Source: an uncultured Acidobacteriota bacterium
GTDB lineage: Bacteria > Acidobacteriota > Thermoanaerobaculia > UBA5066 > Gp7-AA6
Length of the DNA stretch: 64,000 bases
Reading direction: 5' to 3'
NCBI GenBank assembly: GCA_963810205.1
Contig: CAWEMP010000018.1
Coordinates: forward strand, 96,265-160,264
How positions within the stretch are numbered: position 1 is the stretch's first letter; every line of letters begins with the position of its first letter. The notes beneath the pieces are model-generated. The model made no database searches. It was not told the origin of the DNA and saw nothing but the letters and a program-made list of their open reading frames with translations. Position numbers and translations under genes: made by a program. Below, in pieces: positions 39,322 to 49,143 of this stretch.

Positions 39322-40401
39322 TTAGGCGGCTATGCGTTCTCTTCCGCGGATCGGCTGCAGCGGCTCGAAGTCCCGGAACAGGATGTGGTCGTAGAAGTAG
39401 TGCACGAGCAGGAACGACAGCACGACCACGTAGTAGCTCTTGTCCTGCGGGAAATCGAGGCCCTTCCAGAGGATGAGGTAGATGACGCCGGCCGAGAACG
39501 TCGCGCCGATCATCGAGAAGTAGAACTTCTTCGTGTTCTCTTTCCCCGCGAGGGCGCGCGCCAGGCCGCTTCCGATTCGCCCCGAGTCGGCCTCGCGGCC
39601 GAGCATGAACCACGTCAGCGCCAGGTACTGGAGCGAGTGCCAGGTGTTGAACCCCTGGAAGGAGATGTCCAGGTTGTCGAAGATCGGCACCACGAACGCC
39701 ATCGCCACGGTCATCGTCATGAAGAGCAGCCGCGGCCAGGAGGTTTCGCCCCGCCGAATCTCGCGCAGGGTGCGCGCGACGTAGAAGAGGAAGAAGGCCG
39801 CGTAGCCCACCGTGAAGGCGACGGCGACTCCGCGATGCTTCAGGAAGTTCGGGAAGAGCAGCACGGCATCGCCCAGCGCGAACCGGTCCTCGACGAACTT
39901 GTACATCGCCATGAGGTAGAGCGCGCCGAGGATGACGCCGCCGTCGAGCCAGCGGTCGAGCGCGCGCACGGGTCCGCCCGCGCGCATGCGGTAGGTCTCC
40001 GAGATGAACTGGGCCTGGTGGGTCACGTGGAGCGAGGCCCAGAGAAAGAAGCCCGTCAGGAGCAGGATGAAGGCGTAGACCGAGCCCAGGATGACGAGGG
40101 TCGGAATCAAGACGAGCGGCAGGTAGGCCAGCACGCCCCAGCGCTTGCGGAAGCGCGGCTCGAAGGCCGTGCGCAGGTACGTCGAGTACATGTGGGGACC
40201 GCCCACGAGGACGGTCACCGAGAGGCCGACGATGAGGCTCGAGGTCCCCTCCGAGACGCCGACCTTCTTCAAGAACCCGTACGACACGTACGGCAGGAAG
40301 ACCAGCACCCCCGACAGGGTCAGGAACAGCAGATCGAAGCGCTTGTCGCGGATCCAGAGGGCGGTGTCCTCGCGCGGACCCGCCATGGCCGTGGACGACA
40401 T
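39322..40401 (-). CDS. Polytopic membrane protein of unknown function with conserved-looking His motifs
   Basis: 359 aa with ~9-10 TM spans. Motifs GGPHMYSTY, LHVTHQ, NTWHSLQY, HYFYDH. Frame intact. Family not recognised. Confidence 0.6.
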   Translation of the reverse strand: MSSTAMAGPREDTALWIRDKRFDLLFLTLSGVLVFLPYVSYGFLKKVGVSEGTSSLIVGLSVTVLVGGPHMYSTYLRTAFEPRFRKRWGVLAYLPLVLIPTLVILGSVYAFILLLTGFFLWASLHVTHQAQFISETYRMRAGGPVRALDRWLDGGVILGALYLMAMYKFVEDRFALGDAVLLFPNFLKHRGVAVAFTVGYAAFFLFYVARTLREIRRGETSWPRLLFMTMTVAMAFVVPIFDNLDISFQGFNTWHSLQYLALTWFMLGREADSGRIGSGLARALAGKENTKKFYFSMIGATFSAGVIYLILWKGLDFPQDKSYYVVVLSFLLVHYFYDHILFRDFEPLQPIRGRERIAA

Positions 40402-40482
40402 TCCAACCTCCCTGAAGCGAAACGCGGGTTAATCCTACCAAGCCCACCCGGCGGCGGGAACCAGTAAGATTATCAGCTTCCG

Positions 40483-41472
40483 ATGCTGCAGCTGGGCCCC
40501 GTCCGGATCGACCCACCCCTGGTGCTCGCCCCGATGGCGGGCATCACGGACCACGTGTACCGGCTGATGCTGCGCCGGATCGGCGGGGTCGGCCTGGTGA
40601 CGATGGAGTTCATCTCGTCCGAAGCGATCACGCGGGGCAACGCGCGCCAGTTGCGCAAGCTGGTCTTTTCGGACGAGGAGCGGCCCCTCTCGATCCAGAT
40701 CTACGGCTCGGACCCCGAGCGCATGGCCGCGGCCGCCGACATCGTCGAGGAGCTCGCGCCGGACGTCTGCGACATCAACATGGGCTGCCCGGCCAACAAG
40801 GTGCTCAAGGGCTGCGCCGGCGCGGCGCTGATGGGCGACCTGCCGCTCGCGCGCCGGATCGTCCGGGCGGTCAAGGCGCGGCTCTCGATTCCGCTGACCG
40901 TCAAGTTCCGGCTCGGTCTCGACGATCAGCGCGTCAACTTCCTGGATCTGGGCGCGATGTGCGAGGACGAGGGCGTGGCCGCGGTCGCGATGCACGCGCG
41001 CACGGCGCGGCAGATGTACACCGGCCGCGCCGACTACGCCCGCATCGCGGAGCTGAAGCGGCGGGTCGCGATCCCGGTCATCGGCAACGGCGACGTCGCC
41101 GCGCCCGAGGACGCGCTCTCGCTTCTGCGCGAGACCGGCTGCGACGGCGTGATGATCGGCCGCGCCACGATGAAGAATCCCTGGATCTTCCGGCAGATCG
41201 CCGACCGGCATGGCGGGGCAGGCCGGTCCGCGAGGCCGACGCTCGCCGAGCGGCGGGACCTGATGCTCGCGCACTTCTCGGCGATCGAAGCGACGGCCCA
41301 CGACCCGAAGGAGGCGCTCCACAAGCTGCGCACGATGACCGGCTGGTACACCAACGGCCTGCCGCACGGCCGCGCGCTGCGGATCCGAATCTCGGAGCTC
41401 GCGACACCTTCGGATTTCCGGGCGGCCGTCGGCGAGTTCTTTCGGGAGGTCGAGCTGGCGATCGCCTCCTGA
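40483..41472 (+). CDS. dus: tRNA-dihydrouridine synthase
   Basis: LAPMAGITD, DINMGCP, KFRLG, GNGD, MIGRA...NPWIF. Confidence 0.9.
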   Translation: MLQLGPVRIDPPLVLAPMAGITDHVYRLMLRRIGGVGLVTMEFISSEAITRGNARQLRKLVFSDEERPLSIQIYGSDPERMAAAADIVEELAPDVCDINMGCPANKVLKGCAGAALMGDLPLARRIVRAVKARLSIPLTVKFRLGLDDQRVNFLDLGAMCEDEGVAAVAMHARTARQMYTGRADYARIAELKRRVAIPVIGNGDVAAPEDALSLLRETGCDGVMIGRATMKNPWIFRQIADRHGGAGRSARPTLAERRDLMLAHFSAIEATAHDPKEALHKLRTMTGWYTNGLPHGRALRIRISELATPSDFRAAVGEFFREVELAIAS

Positions 41473-41524
41473 GGCGTCCGCTTTCGGGAATTCCGCCCCC
41501 GCGTTTTTTCGTTCGAAGGTTGCG

Positions 41525-43407
41525 ATGAGAGCCCGAGCCCTGCCCGCCCTTCTGCTCGTCCTCCTCGCGGCCCGCGGCGGCCTCCGCCCAGACCCGGCAG
41601 GCGCCGATGTCCACGGAGGTCGGTCAGTTTCCCCTCTACGTCACGGTCGAGTACCTCGGAATGGCGGGCGTGAAGACGGTCGTCCGCGATCCGTCTGCGG
41701 GCCCCCGAGCTCTCGATGGCTGCCGCCAAACGGGGTCTCCGGAGCTTCTCGGGCGAGCTCCAGGGCAGCTTCACGAAGGGCGAGGACATCGTCCAGTCGT
41801 TCAAGTACCCGGTCTCGGGCGACGTTTCGGAGCGAACGACGTTTCAGTACGCGTTCCTGCGCTCGGTCGAGCCCGGCTCCTACAGGCTGAAGCTCGTTCT
41901 GGCCGCGCCCGGCGGCAAGCAGGTGGGCGAGGCATCGACCGACGTCTCGGTCCCGGAGGTCGGCAACGTCTTCTCGCCGGACCTCGCTCCGGGCGAGGCC
42001 TCGACGCTCCCGGCGGCCGAGGCGATCGTGATCGCCGACGAGGCCGGCTCGACCGCGGCGTCGACGGGCGGGTCGAAGCTCAAGATCATGCCCCCGGCCC
42101 GCGAGACGCCGATCGGCCTGCTGCGGCTGGAGGCCGACGTCGAGCCTCCGATCACGAAGGTCGAGTTCTACCTCGAGGACAAGCTCATCCTGGCGCGCTC
42201 GCGGCCGCCGTACACGGTCGAGATCGATCTCGGCGAGGTGCCGCGCAAGCAGACCGTCCGGGCCGTCGGGTACGACGCCTCGGGCCGGCTCATCGACGAG
42301 GACGCGTGGGCCATCAATCAGGGCAGCTCGCGCCTGGCGGTGAAGATCCTGCCGCAACCCGGACCCGGCCTCGGGCAACGTGCGCATCAAGGTCGTCGTG
42401 CAGTCGATCTCGGGCGGCGTCGCCAAGCAGGTCGAGCTCTTCCTGAACGACAAGAAGCTCAAGGCGTGGGCGACCGACGGGCCCTACGAGGTCACGATCC
42501 CGATGACCGAGTACTCGCGCGGCGAGTTCCTGCGCGCGACGGCGATCGGCGACGACGGCAAGGAAGCCAACGACCTTCGCTTCCTGAAGGGGCCCAGCAC
42601 GACGATCGAGAGCGTGCGCGTCGACGTCGTGCAGCTCCACGTCTCGGCCGTCGACAAGGAGCAAGCGCTTCGTCAAGGGCCTGACCGAAACGGACTTCTC
42701 GGTCCAGGAGGACGGCCGGCCGCAGAAGGTCACGGGCTTCGAGGTCGCCGAGAAGCTGCCGCTGACGATCGGACTCGTCGTCGACGGCTCGGGGTCGATG
42801 GAGAAGGTCATGCCCTTCGTGCACGACGCCTCCATCGAGCTCTTCCGGGGCCTGATGCGCGAAAAGGACAAGGGCTTCGTCATCGAGTTCCGCGAGCAGC
42901 CCCGCATGCTCCAGTCGCTCACCAGCGACTCGCAGGAGCTGCAGCGCGCCGCCGGCGAGACCTCCGCGCGCGGCGCGACGGCGCTCTTCGACTCGGTCGT
43001 GCTCGGCCTCTACCAGTTCCGCGCGCTGCAGGGCCGCAAGGCGCTCGTCGTCGTCTCCGACGGCGCCGACAACCACTCCCACGTCGACTACGAGACGCTG
43101 CTGCGCTATTGCCGGACGGCGGGCGCGCCGATCTACTTCATCGGGGTCAACCTCTCGGTCCTCGACTTCGGCATCCGCGGCCAGCTCAACGAGATCGCGC
43201 GCGAGTCCGGCGGCGAGGTCTTCTACATCTCGAACGCCGAGAAGATCGAAGGAAGTGACCGAGCGGATCGAAGAGGAGCTGCGCTCCCAGTACATCGTCG
43301 CGTTCCGCACCGACTCCCAGAAGCCCGACGGCGAGTATCGCGCCGTCACCGTGGCGGTCAGCAAGCCCGGAGTGACGGCGCGGACGATCAAGGGCTACAT
43401 CCCGTAA
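41525..43407 (+). CDS. Secreted vWA-domain protein of the 'VWFA-related acidobacterial domain' type; five apparent frameshifts (~41570, ~41700, ~42355, ~42660, ~43249)
   Basis: Signal peptide. Ig-like repeats (KVEFYLEDKLI, VELFLNDKKL). vWA MIDAS LVVDGSGSM...SDGADN. Characteristic end YRAVTVAVSKPGVTARTIKGYIP. The pieces lie in successive +1 frames. Confidence 0.75.
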
Positions 43408-43431
43408 CGTCGCTCGCGCGCGCTCGGTGTC

Positions 43432-43584
43432 CTGCGCCCTCCGGGCGCACCGCCCTGCGGCTCGCCCAAAGGGGCTCGACCGCAGGGCTGGCCACCTCGC
43501 TTCCGCTCGCTCCCGCGGCGCGAACCTCCTCCCTCCCTTCGGTCGGGAGACTACTCGCGCCGCGAACATCTGCGATAGCGGCGG
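43432..43584 (-). repeat. Family-1 structured repeat, copy 2
   Basis: The reverse complement aligns with 1684-1824. Stem B here is gccctgcgg/ccgcagggc and stem C is tgcgccc/gggcgca. Both are compensatory relative to copy 1. The copy abuts the TAG (43587..43585) of the GT-C gene. Confidence 0.7.
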
Positions 43585-45219
43585 CTATTCGGGAAAGTTG
43601 GCGACGATGGCGTGGCGGCCGGAGAAGCGGACGACGCGGGCGGGCGGTGAGGCCGTCATCAGCTCGACGAGGTCCGTCAGGCGCGCGACGGCGACGAGGG
43701 GGCGGCCGCTCTGCCACGCGGCCCAGAAGCTTCTCGCGATCCCAGAAGAGAGCCTCGCGGACCTCGGGATTCGTCTCGAACTCGGGTTCGAGCTCGCCCT
43801 TGTAGCCGGCGACGGGAATGGGCGTCTTGAGCTCCCAGGAGAGGCCGTTCAGGTAGTCGCGGTAGCCGACGATGGGCGCCTTCCATGGAGTCGCGGCTTC
43901 CCGCGCCGCGGCGGCGAGCTCATGGGTCAGCCGGGCGTGGGGCGTCTTCGGCCAGCCGACCGCGACGGCCGCGAAGAAGCAGACCCACCCGGCGGCGACG
44001 GCGGTCAGCGCGAGCCGCGGCGAACGGGACGCCAGCAGCACGGCGAGCCACGAGGCGAGGACGAGCCCGGCGAAGGCCGGCGCGACGACGGCCTCCAGGT
44101 GCAGCTCCTTCGCCGCCGCCCGAAGCTGCGGGTGAGAGAGCAGGCCGACGGCGAGAAGCGTCGCCAGGACCGCCTGGGTGATCCACATCCCGCGCGCGCC
44201 GGCCTGCGGCATTCCGCGGGCCGCGAGGACGGCGGCGGCCGGGATGGCGGGGAAGAGGTAGGGCGGCAGCTTGCTGCCGGACGTCGAGAAGAAAACGAAG
44301 ACGACCGTGAACCAGACGAAGAAGAAGAACCCCTCGTCGCTCGCGCGCAGGCCCCGCCAGAAGCCGCGAACGAAGAACGCCAGGCCCGGCAGGAAGCCGA
44401 GGACGAAGACCGGAACGAAGTAGTAGACCGGGCCCGGCCGTTTGGCGGCACCGGTGGCGAAGCGCTGGAAGTGCTCGCGCACGAAGAAGAAATCGAGGAA
44501 TCCCGGGTGCCGCTGTCTCGACCGCGAGCAGCCAGGGCAGCGCGAGGACGAGAAACACGAGCGGCGCGGGCGAGAGAACGAGCGCCCGCAGGGCCGTCGC
44601 GAGCCTCCCCGTCGAGACCGCCCAGGCGAAGACGATGGCGGCGGGAAGGACGATCGCGATGAGGCCCTTCGTCAGGAACGCGCCCGCCGCACAGGCGCCA
44701 CAGAGCGCCGCCATCGCAACCCAGGGCCGCGTCTGCTCGCGCCGCAGGACCGCCGCGCGGCCGGCCAGAAGCGTCGCGGTGAGCAGGAACGTCAGGAGGC
44801 CGTCCGTCAGGTTCGTGCGCGAGAAGAGGAATCCCATCGGCGCGGCGAGAAAGAAGACCGCCGCCGCGGTTTCGAGGCCGGCGCCGCGCGCCGCGAGAAA
44901 GACGAGGAGCATCGTCCCGAGTCCGGCGAGCCGCGTCGGCAGGCGGGCCGCCCACGGCGTCTCGCCGAAGAACGAGAGCGACGCCGCGTTGGCCCAGTAG
45001 AGCAGGGGCGGCTTCTCGAAGTAGGGAACGCCGTTGAGCCTCGGGACGACGAGGTCGCCGCGCGGCGAGCATTTCCCGAGGGATCTCGGCGTAGCGCGTC
45101 TCGTCGGGCTCGGCGAGTCGGGAGCCGCCGGGCTCGAGCCAGACGACGGCGAGCAGAGCAAAGAGCGCCGCGAGGAGGGTCCGCCGACCCGGAGAGGCGT
45201 CCGCGAGCTCCTCCATCAC
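43585..45219 (-). CDS. ArnT/PMT_2-like GT-C glycosyltransferase; three apparent frameshifts (~45062, ~44525, ~43690)
   Basis: EPDETRYAEIPREML, LNGVPYFEKPPLLYW, FLTKGLIAIVLP, FFFVREHFQRF. Frames step 0>2>1>0 along the gene. The last shift is in a C5 run. Confidence 0.7.
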
Positions 45220-45250
45220 CGGGATCGGAGTGTACTAAGATTCCGGCCGC

Positions 45251-46064
45251 TTGATCGAAGAGCCGCGTCATCGCTGGGCCGTCGTGCTGGGCGCCTCGTC
45301 CGGGTTCGGAGAGGCCTGCGCGCTGGCGCTCGGCCGCGCGGGCTGGAACGTGTTCGGCGTCCATCTGGATCGGAAGGCCACGCAGGCCAACGCCGACCGC
45401 ATCGCGGGGGAGATCCGCGCCGCGGGGCGGCGGGCCGAGTTCTTCAACGTCAACGCGGCCGACGACGAGAAGCGCGCCGAGGTCGTCGCCGCGATCCAGA
45501 ACGTCTGCGGAAACGATCCGCCCTCCTCGCGCGTTACGGTGCTTCTCCATTCGCTGGCCTTCGGCACCCTCAAGCCCTTCTTCGGCGAGCCGCGCGAGAA
45601 CGCCATCTCGAAGGCCCAGCTCGAAATGACGATGGACGTCATGGCGAACTCGCTCGTCTACTGGGCGCAGGACCTCTTCTTCGCGGGCCTGCTCGCCCCC
45701 GGCGGCCGGATCTTCGCGATGACCTCGGCGGGCGACCACATCGTCTGGCCGTCGTACGGCGCGGTTTCCGCCGCCAAGTGCGCGCTCGAGTCCTACGTCC
45801 GGCAGCTCGCCGTGGAGCTCGCGCCGAAGGGCATCACGGCCAATGCGCATCCGCGCGGGAGTGACGGATACGCCGGCGCTGCGCAAGATCCCGGGCAACG
45901 CCGGGATGATCGAGCGGACCCTGGCGCTCCACCCCGCGGCCCGCCTGACGACCCCGGACGACGTCGCGCGCGCTCTCGTGGCGCTGTGCGGCGAGGGCGG
46001 GGCCTGGATCTCGGGCAACGTGATCGGCGTCGACGGCGCCGAAGACATCGCGGGCGGAAGGTAG
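45251..46064 (+). CDS. SDR-family oxidoreductase (FabL-like enoyl-ACP reductase?); one apparent frameshift near 45846-45850
   Basis: VVLGASSGFG, catalytic YGAVSAAKCALE. The C-terminus IRAGVTDTPAL...GNVIGVDGAEDI is in the +1 frame (ORF 45843..46064). Confidence 0.7.
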
Positions 46065-46072
46065 ACGCCGTT

Positions 46073-47399
46073 TTGTCCCCGGGCCCCTTCACCCTCGTCA
46101 AGGAAAAGGCCGGATTTCGCGAGTTTCGGCTCGATTTCAACGGGCTGTCCGTCCTGCTGCTGCCCAACCGCGTGGCGCCGGTCGCGACGTTCGCCGTCGT
46201 CTACCACGTCGGAAGCCGCAACGAGGCGGTCGGACACACGGGCGCGACGCATCTGCTCGAGCACCTCATGTTCAAGGGCACGCCCGAGTTCGACCGCGCC
46301 CACGGCACCGCCGTCGCCGCGGTCCTGGAGTCGCTCGGCGCGCGGTTCAACGCGACGACCTGGTTCGACCGCACCAACTACTACGAGACGCTCCCCTCGG
46401 ACCAGCTCGAGGTCGCCGTGCGCATCGAGGCGTCGCGCATGCGACGGGCGCTCCTGCGCAACGAGGACCGCGTTCCCGAGATGACGGTCGTGCGCAACGA
46501 GTTCGAGCGCGGCGAGAATTCGCCGTTCCAGGTGCTCTACAAGCTGACCTTCGCGACGGCCTTTCGCGAGCACCCGTACCACCACCCGACGATCGGCTGG
46601 CGGAGCGACATCGAGGAGGTCTCGACCGAGCGGCTGCGGGAGTTCTACGACACCTTCTACCATCCCAACAACGCGACGGCCATGGTCATCGGCGACTTCG
46701 ACGAGGCCGACGTGCTCGCCCTGATCGCCCGCGAGCTCGGCGGCATCCCGGCGTCGGGCCAGCCGATCCCGCGGGTCTACACCGTCGAGCCGCCGCAGGA
46801 GGGCGAACGGCGGTTCGTCGTGCGCCGCGTCGGCCAGGTCGCCTGGGTCGGGCTGTCCTGGAGGACGGTCGATGCGCGGCACGCCGACACGCCGGTCCTG
46901 GCCGTGCTCGGCAACCTCCTGGGCGGCGGCATCACGTCGCGCCTCCACCAGGCTCTCGTCGAGAAGACGCTGGCGCTGTCGGTCTCGGTGGTGCCGTGGC
47001 AGCTCCGCGATCCCGCGCTCTTCTCGGTGTTCGCGCCGGTGCGGCCGGGCGTCGAGCCTTCGGAGGTCGAGTCCGTCATCCGGCAGGAGATCGCGAAGAT
47101 CGCTTCCGACGGCGTGACCGAGGCCGAGTGCGCCAAGGCGCGCACCCAGATCGAAGCCGAAGTCATCTTCGACCGGGACTCGACCGACCAGATCGCCGCA
47201 TCGCTGTCCGAAGCGATCGCCGTCGCGGACTGGGAGTGGTACGCGGACTACCCGGGCCGCATCCGCGCGGTCACTCCCGACGACGTGCGCCGCGCCGTCC
47301 TGACGTACCTCCACGACGACGGGCTGACGGTCGGCCTCTACCTCCCGAAAGCCGGGCGAGGTCGGCGCCGCGGCGGCCGACGACGGGGAGGCCGCGTGA
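46073..47399 (+). CDS. M16 (pitrilysin) family zinc peptidase, active subunit; end inferred
   Basis: Inverted zinc motif HLLEHLMFKGT and downstream E (NEFERGE). TTG start at 46073. The end is inferred from a GTGA junction at 47396-47399, which needs a +1 shift near 47355. Confidence 0.7.
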
Positions 47400-48700
47400 G
47401 CGTGTCCGCCCCCGCTCGCCGCGCGCCGTTCGTGGAGCTGGTGCGGCACCGCGAGCTCTCCAACGGCGCCCGTTTCTACGTTCTCGAGAACCACTTCAAC
47501 CCCACGGTCGCGATCTCGGGATCGCTGACGGCCGGACGTCTCTTCGCTCCCGCCGATCGGCGGCTGATCGCTTCCGTGACGGCCGGCGAGCTGATGAAGG
47601 GCACGGCGCGCCGCACCAAGCTCCAGCTCGCGGAGGATCTCGAGAGCCGGGCCGTCAGCCTCGGGTTTTCCTCCGACGCGTCCGACCCCGTCGGCGTCGA
47701 CGTCTCGGGGGGCGCGCTCTCCCGCGAGATCGACGTGCTGCTCGAGGCGCTCGCGGAGGTCCTTCTCACTCCGGCGTTCCCCGAGGACGAGCTCGAGCGG
47801 GAAAAGAAGCGCCTCGTCGGCTCGATCCGCCAGCAGCAGGACCAGACCTCCGTCCGGGCCTACGAGCGGGCGATGCGCCGGATGTACCCGCTGGCGCACC
47901 CGCTGCACGCCTTCAGCGGCGAGGAGCGGATCGCGCGCGTCGAGGCGCTGTCCCGCGAGGACCTCGCCGCGTTCTACGCCACGCGCTACGGGGCCGGGTC
48001 GCTCGCGCTCGTCGTGGTGGGCGACGTCGAGGCCGAACGAATCCTGGACCGTCTCGAAGCCCTGCTCGGCGCGTGGCCGGCCGGTCCGAAGCCGGAGATT
48101 CCGCCCGTCTCGGTCCCGCCGCCTTCGCCCGGACGCGAGACCGTCGAGATGCCGGACAAGGCCAGCGCCGACGTCGTCGTCGCCGTGCCGGCGAACCTCA
48201 AACGCACCGACCCGGATTTCTACGCCTGCACGCTCGCCAATGCTGCGCTCGGGCAGTCGTCGCTGACGTCCCGCCTCGGCGTGCGCGTGCGCGACACCGA
48301 AGGGCTGACCTACGGCATCCATTCGAGCTTCTCGGCCACGCACGTCGCCGGTCCCTTCACCATCGGCCTGACGGTCAAGCCCGAGAGCCGCGACGCCGCG
48401 CTCGTCTCGACGCTCGAGGAGGTCGGCAAGCTCCTGAAGGGCGGGCTCACGGCGAAGGAGCTCGCCGAGGAAAAGAGCTCCCGGATCGGGCGGTTCAAGG
48501 TCGACCTCGGCTCGAACTCCGGGATCGCCAACGCGCTCGACTCCGCGGTCTACTACGGCTTCGGTGTTTCGTACCTCGACGAGTTCCCGTCGATGGTCGC
48601 CGCCGTCACGAAGGAGGAGGCCGACGCCGCCTTCGCGGCGCGGGTCCGTCCGGAGGACTTCACGATCGTGTCGGCGGGGACCTTCGGAAGATCGGTCTGA
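47396..48700 (+). CDS. M16 family peptidase, non-catalytic-type partner subunit
   Basis: M16 fold pattern without HxxEH. This is the typical paired arrangement. GTG start at 47396. Confidence 0.75.
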   Translation: MSVSAPARRAPFVELVRHRELSNGARFYVLENHFNPTVAISGSLTAGRLFAPADRRLIASVTAGELMKGTARRTKLQLAEDLESRAVSLGFSSDASDPVGVDVSGGALSREIDVLLEALAEVLLTPAFPEDELEREKKRLVGSIRQQQDQTSVRAYERAMRRMYPLAHPLHAFSGEERIARVEALSREDLAAFYATRYGAGSLALVVVGDVEAERILDRLEALLGAWPAGPKPEIPPVSVPPPSPGRETVEMPDKASADVVVAVPANLKRTDPDFYACTLANAALGQSSLTSRLGVRVRDTEGLTYGIHSSFSATHVAGPFTIGLTVKPESRDAALVSTLEEVGKLLKGGLTAKELAEEKSSRIGRFKVDLGSNSGIANALDSAVYYGFGVSYLDEFPSMVAAVTKEEADAAFAARVRPEDFTIVSAGTFGRSV

Positions 48701-48753
48701 GCTCCCGATAGGTCTGGAACTCGCCTTGCGGACATGAAAGAATCCCGGCCGAG

Positions 48754-49113
48754 ATGAGACGCCCCCAGCATCGCCGCCCGATGCGGCGCCGTCCCGGCGA
48801 AGCGCCGCCGACGCACCGCGTCTGGCTGTCCAACGAGCAGCCGATGCGCGAGGGGCCGTCGCCGGACGGCCGCGTCTACTTCCGGATCCGCTTCGACAAC
48901 GAGCCGTCACCCGAGTGGATGCGCGCGTACCGCGCCGGACTGCTCGGTCTGATGCCCGACGACCGCGACGCCGTCCTGCGCTTCGAGTTCCAGGGGGATT
49001 CGGTCCGGTTCGCGGCCGGCGAAGCGGAGGTCGCAAAGCTGCGCCGTGTCCTGGAGCAGCGCGTCCAGGCCGTCAACGGGATCCTCTCCGGCGGCCGCGC
49101 GGTCGAGCCCTAG
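48754..49113 (+). CDS. Hypothetical protein
   Basis: Coding-like codon usage. The core is VYFRIRFDNEPSPEWMRAYRAGLLGL...LRFEFQGDSVRF. The start is uncertain (48754 or ATG 48844). Confidence 0.45.
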   Translation: MRRPQHRRPMRRRPGEAPPTHRVWLSNEQPMREGPSPDGRVYFRIRFDNEPSPEWMRAYRAGLLGLMPDDRDAVLRFEFQGDSVRFAAGEAEVAKLRRVLEQRVQAVNGILSGGRAVEP

Positions 49114-49143
49114 GCTTCTTCCGACGCCCGGGAGGCGACGCGC

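Noticed and set aside
44807-49036. A 1409-aa minus-strand ORF. Similar long antisense ORFs occur at 1575-3125, 1880-3880, 5111-6286, 21029-23692, 34787-36709 and 62088-63623.
   Set aside because: They lie antisense to genes with clear homology-type motifs. They are Arg/Gly/Pro/Asp-rich low-complexity translations and show the reversed codon-position GC pattern. These are typical open frames of a ~70% GC genome.
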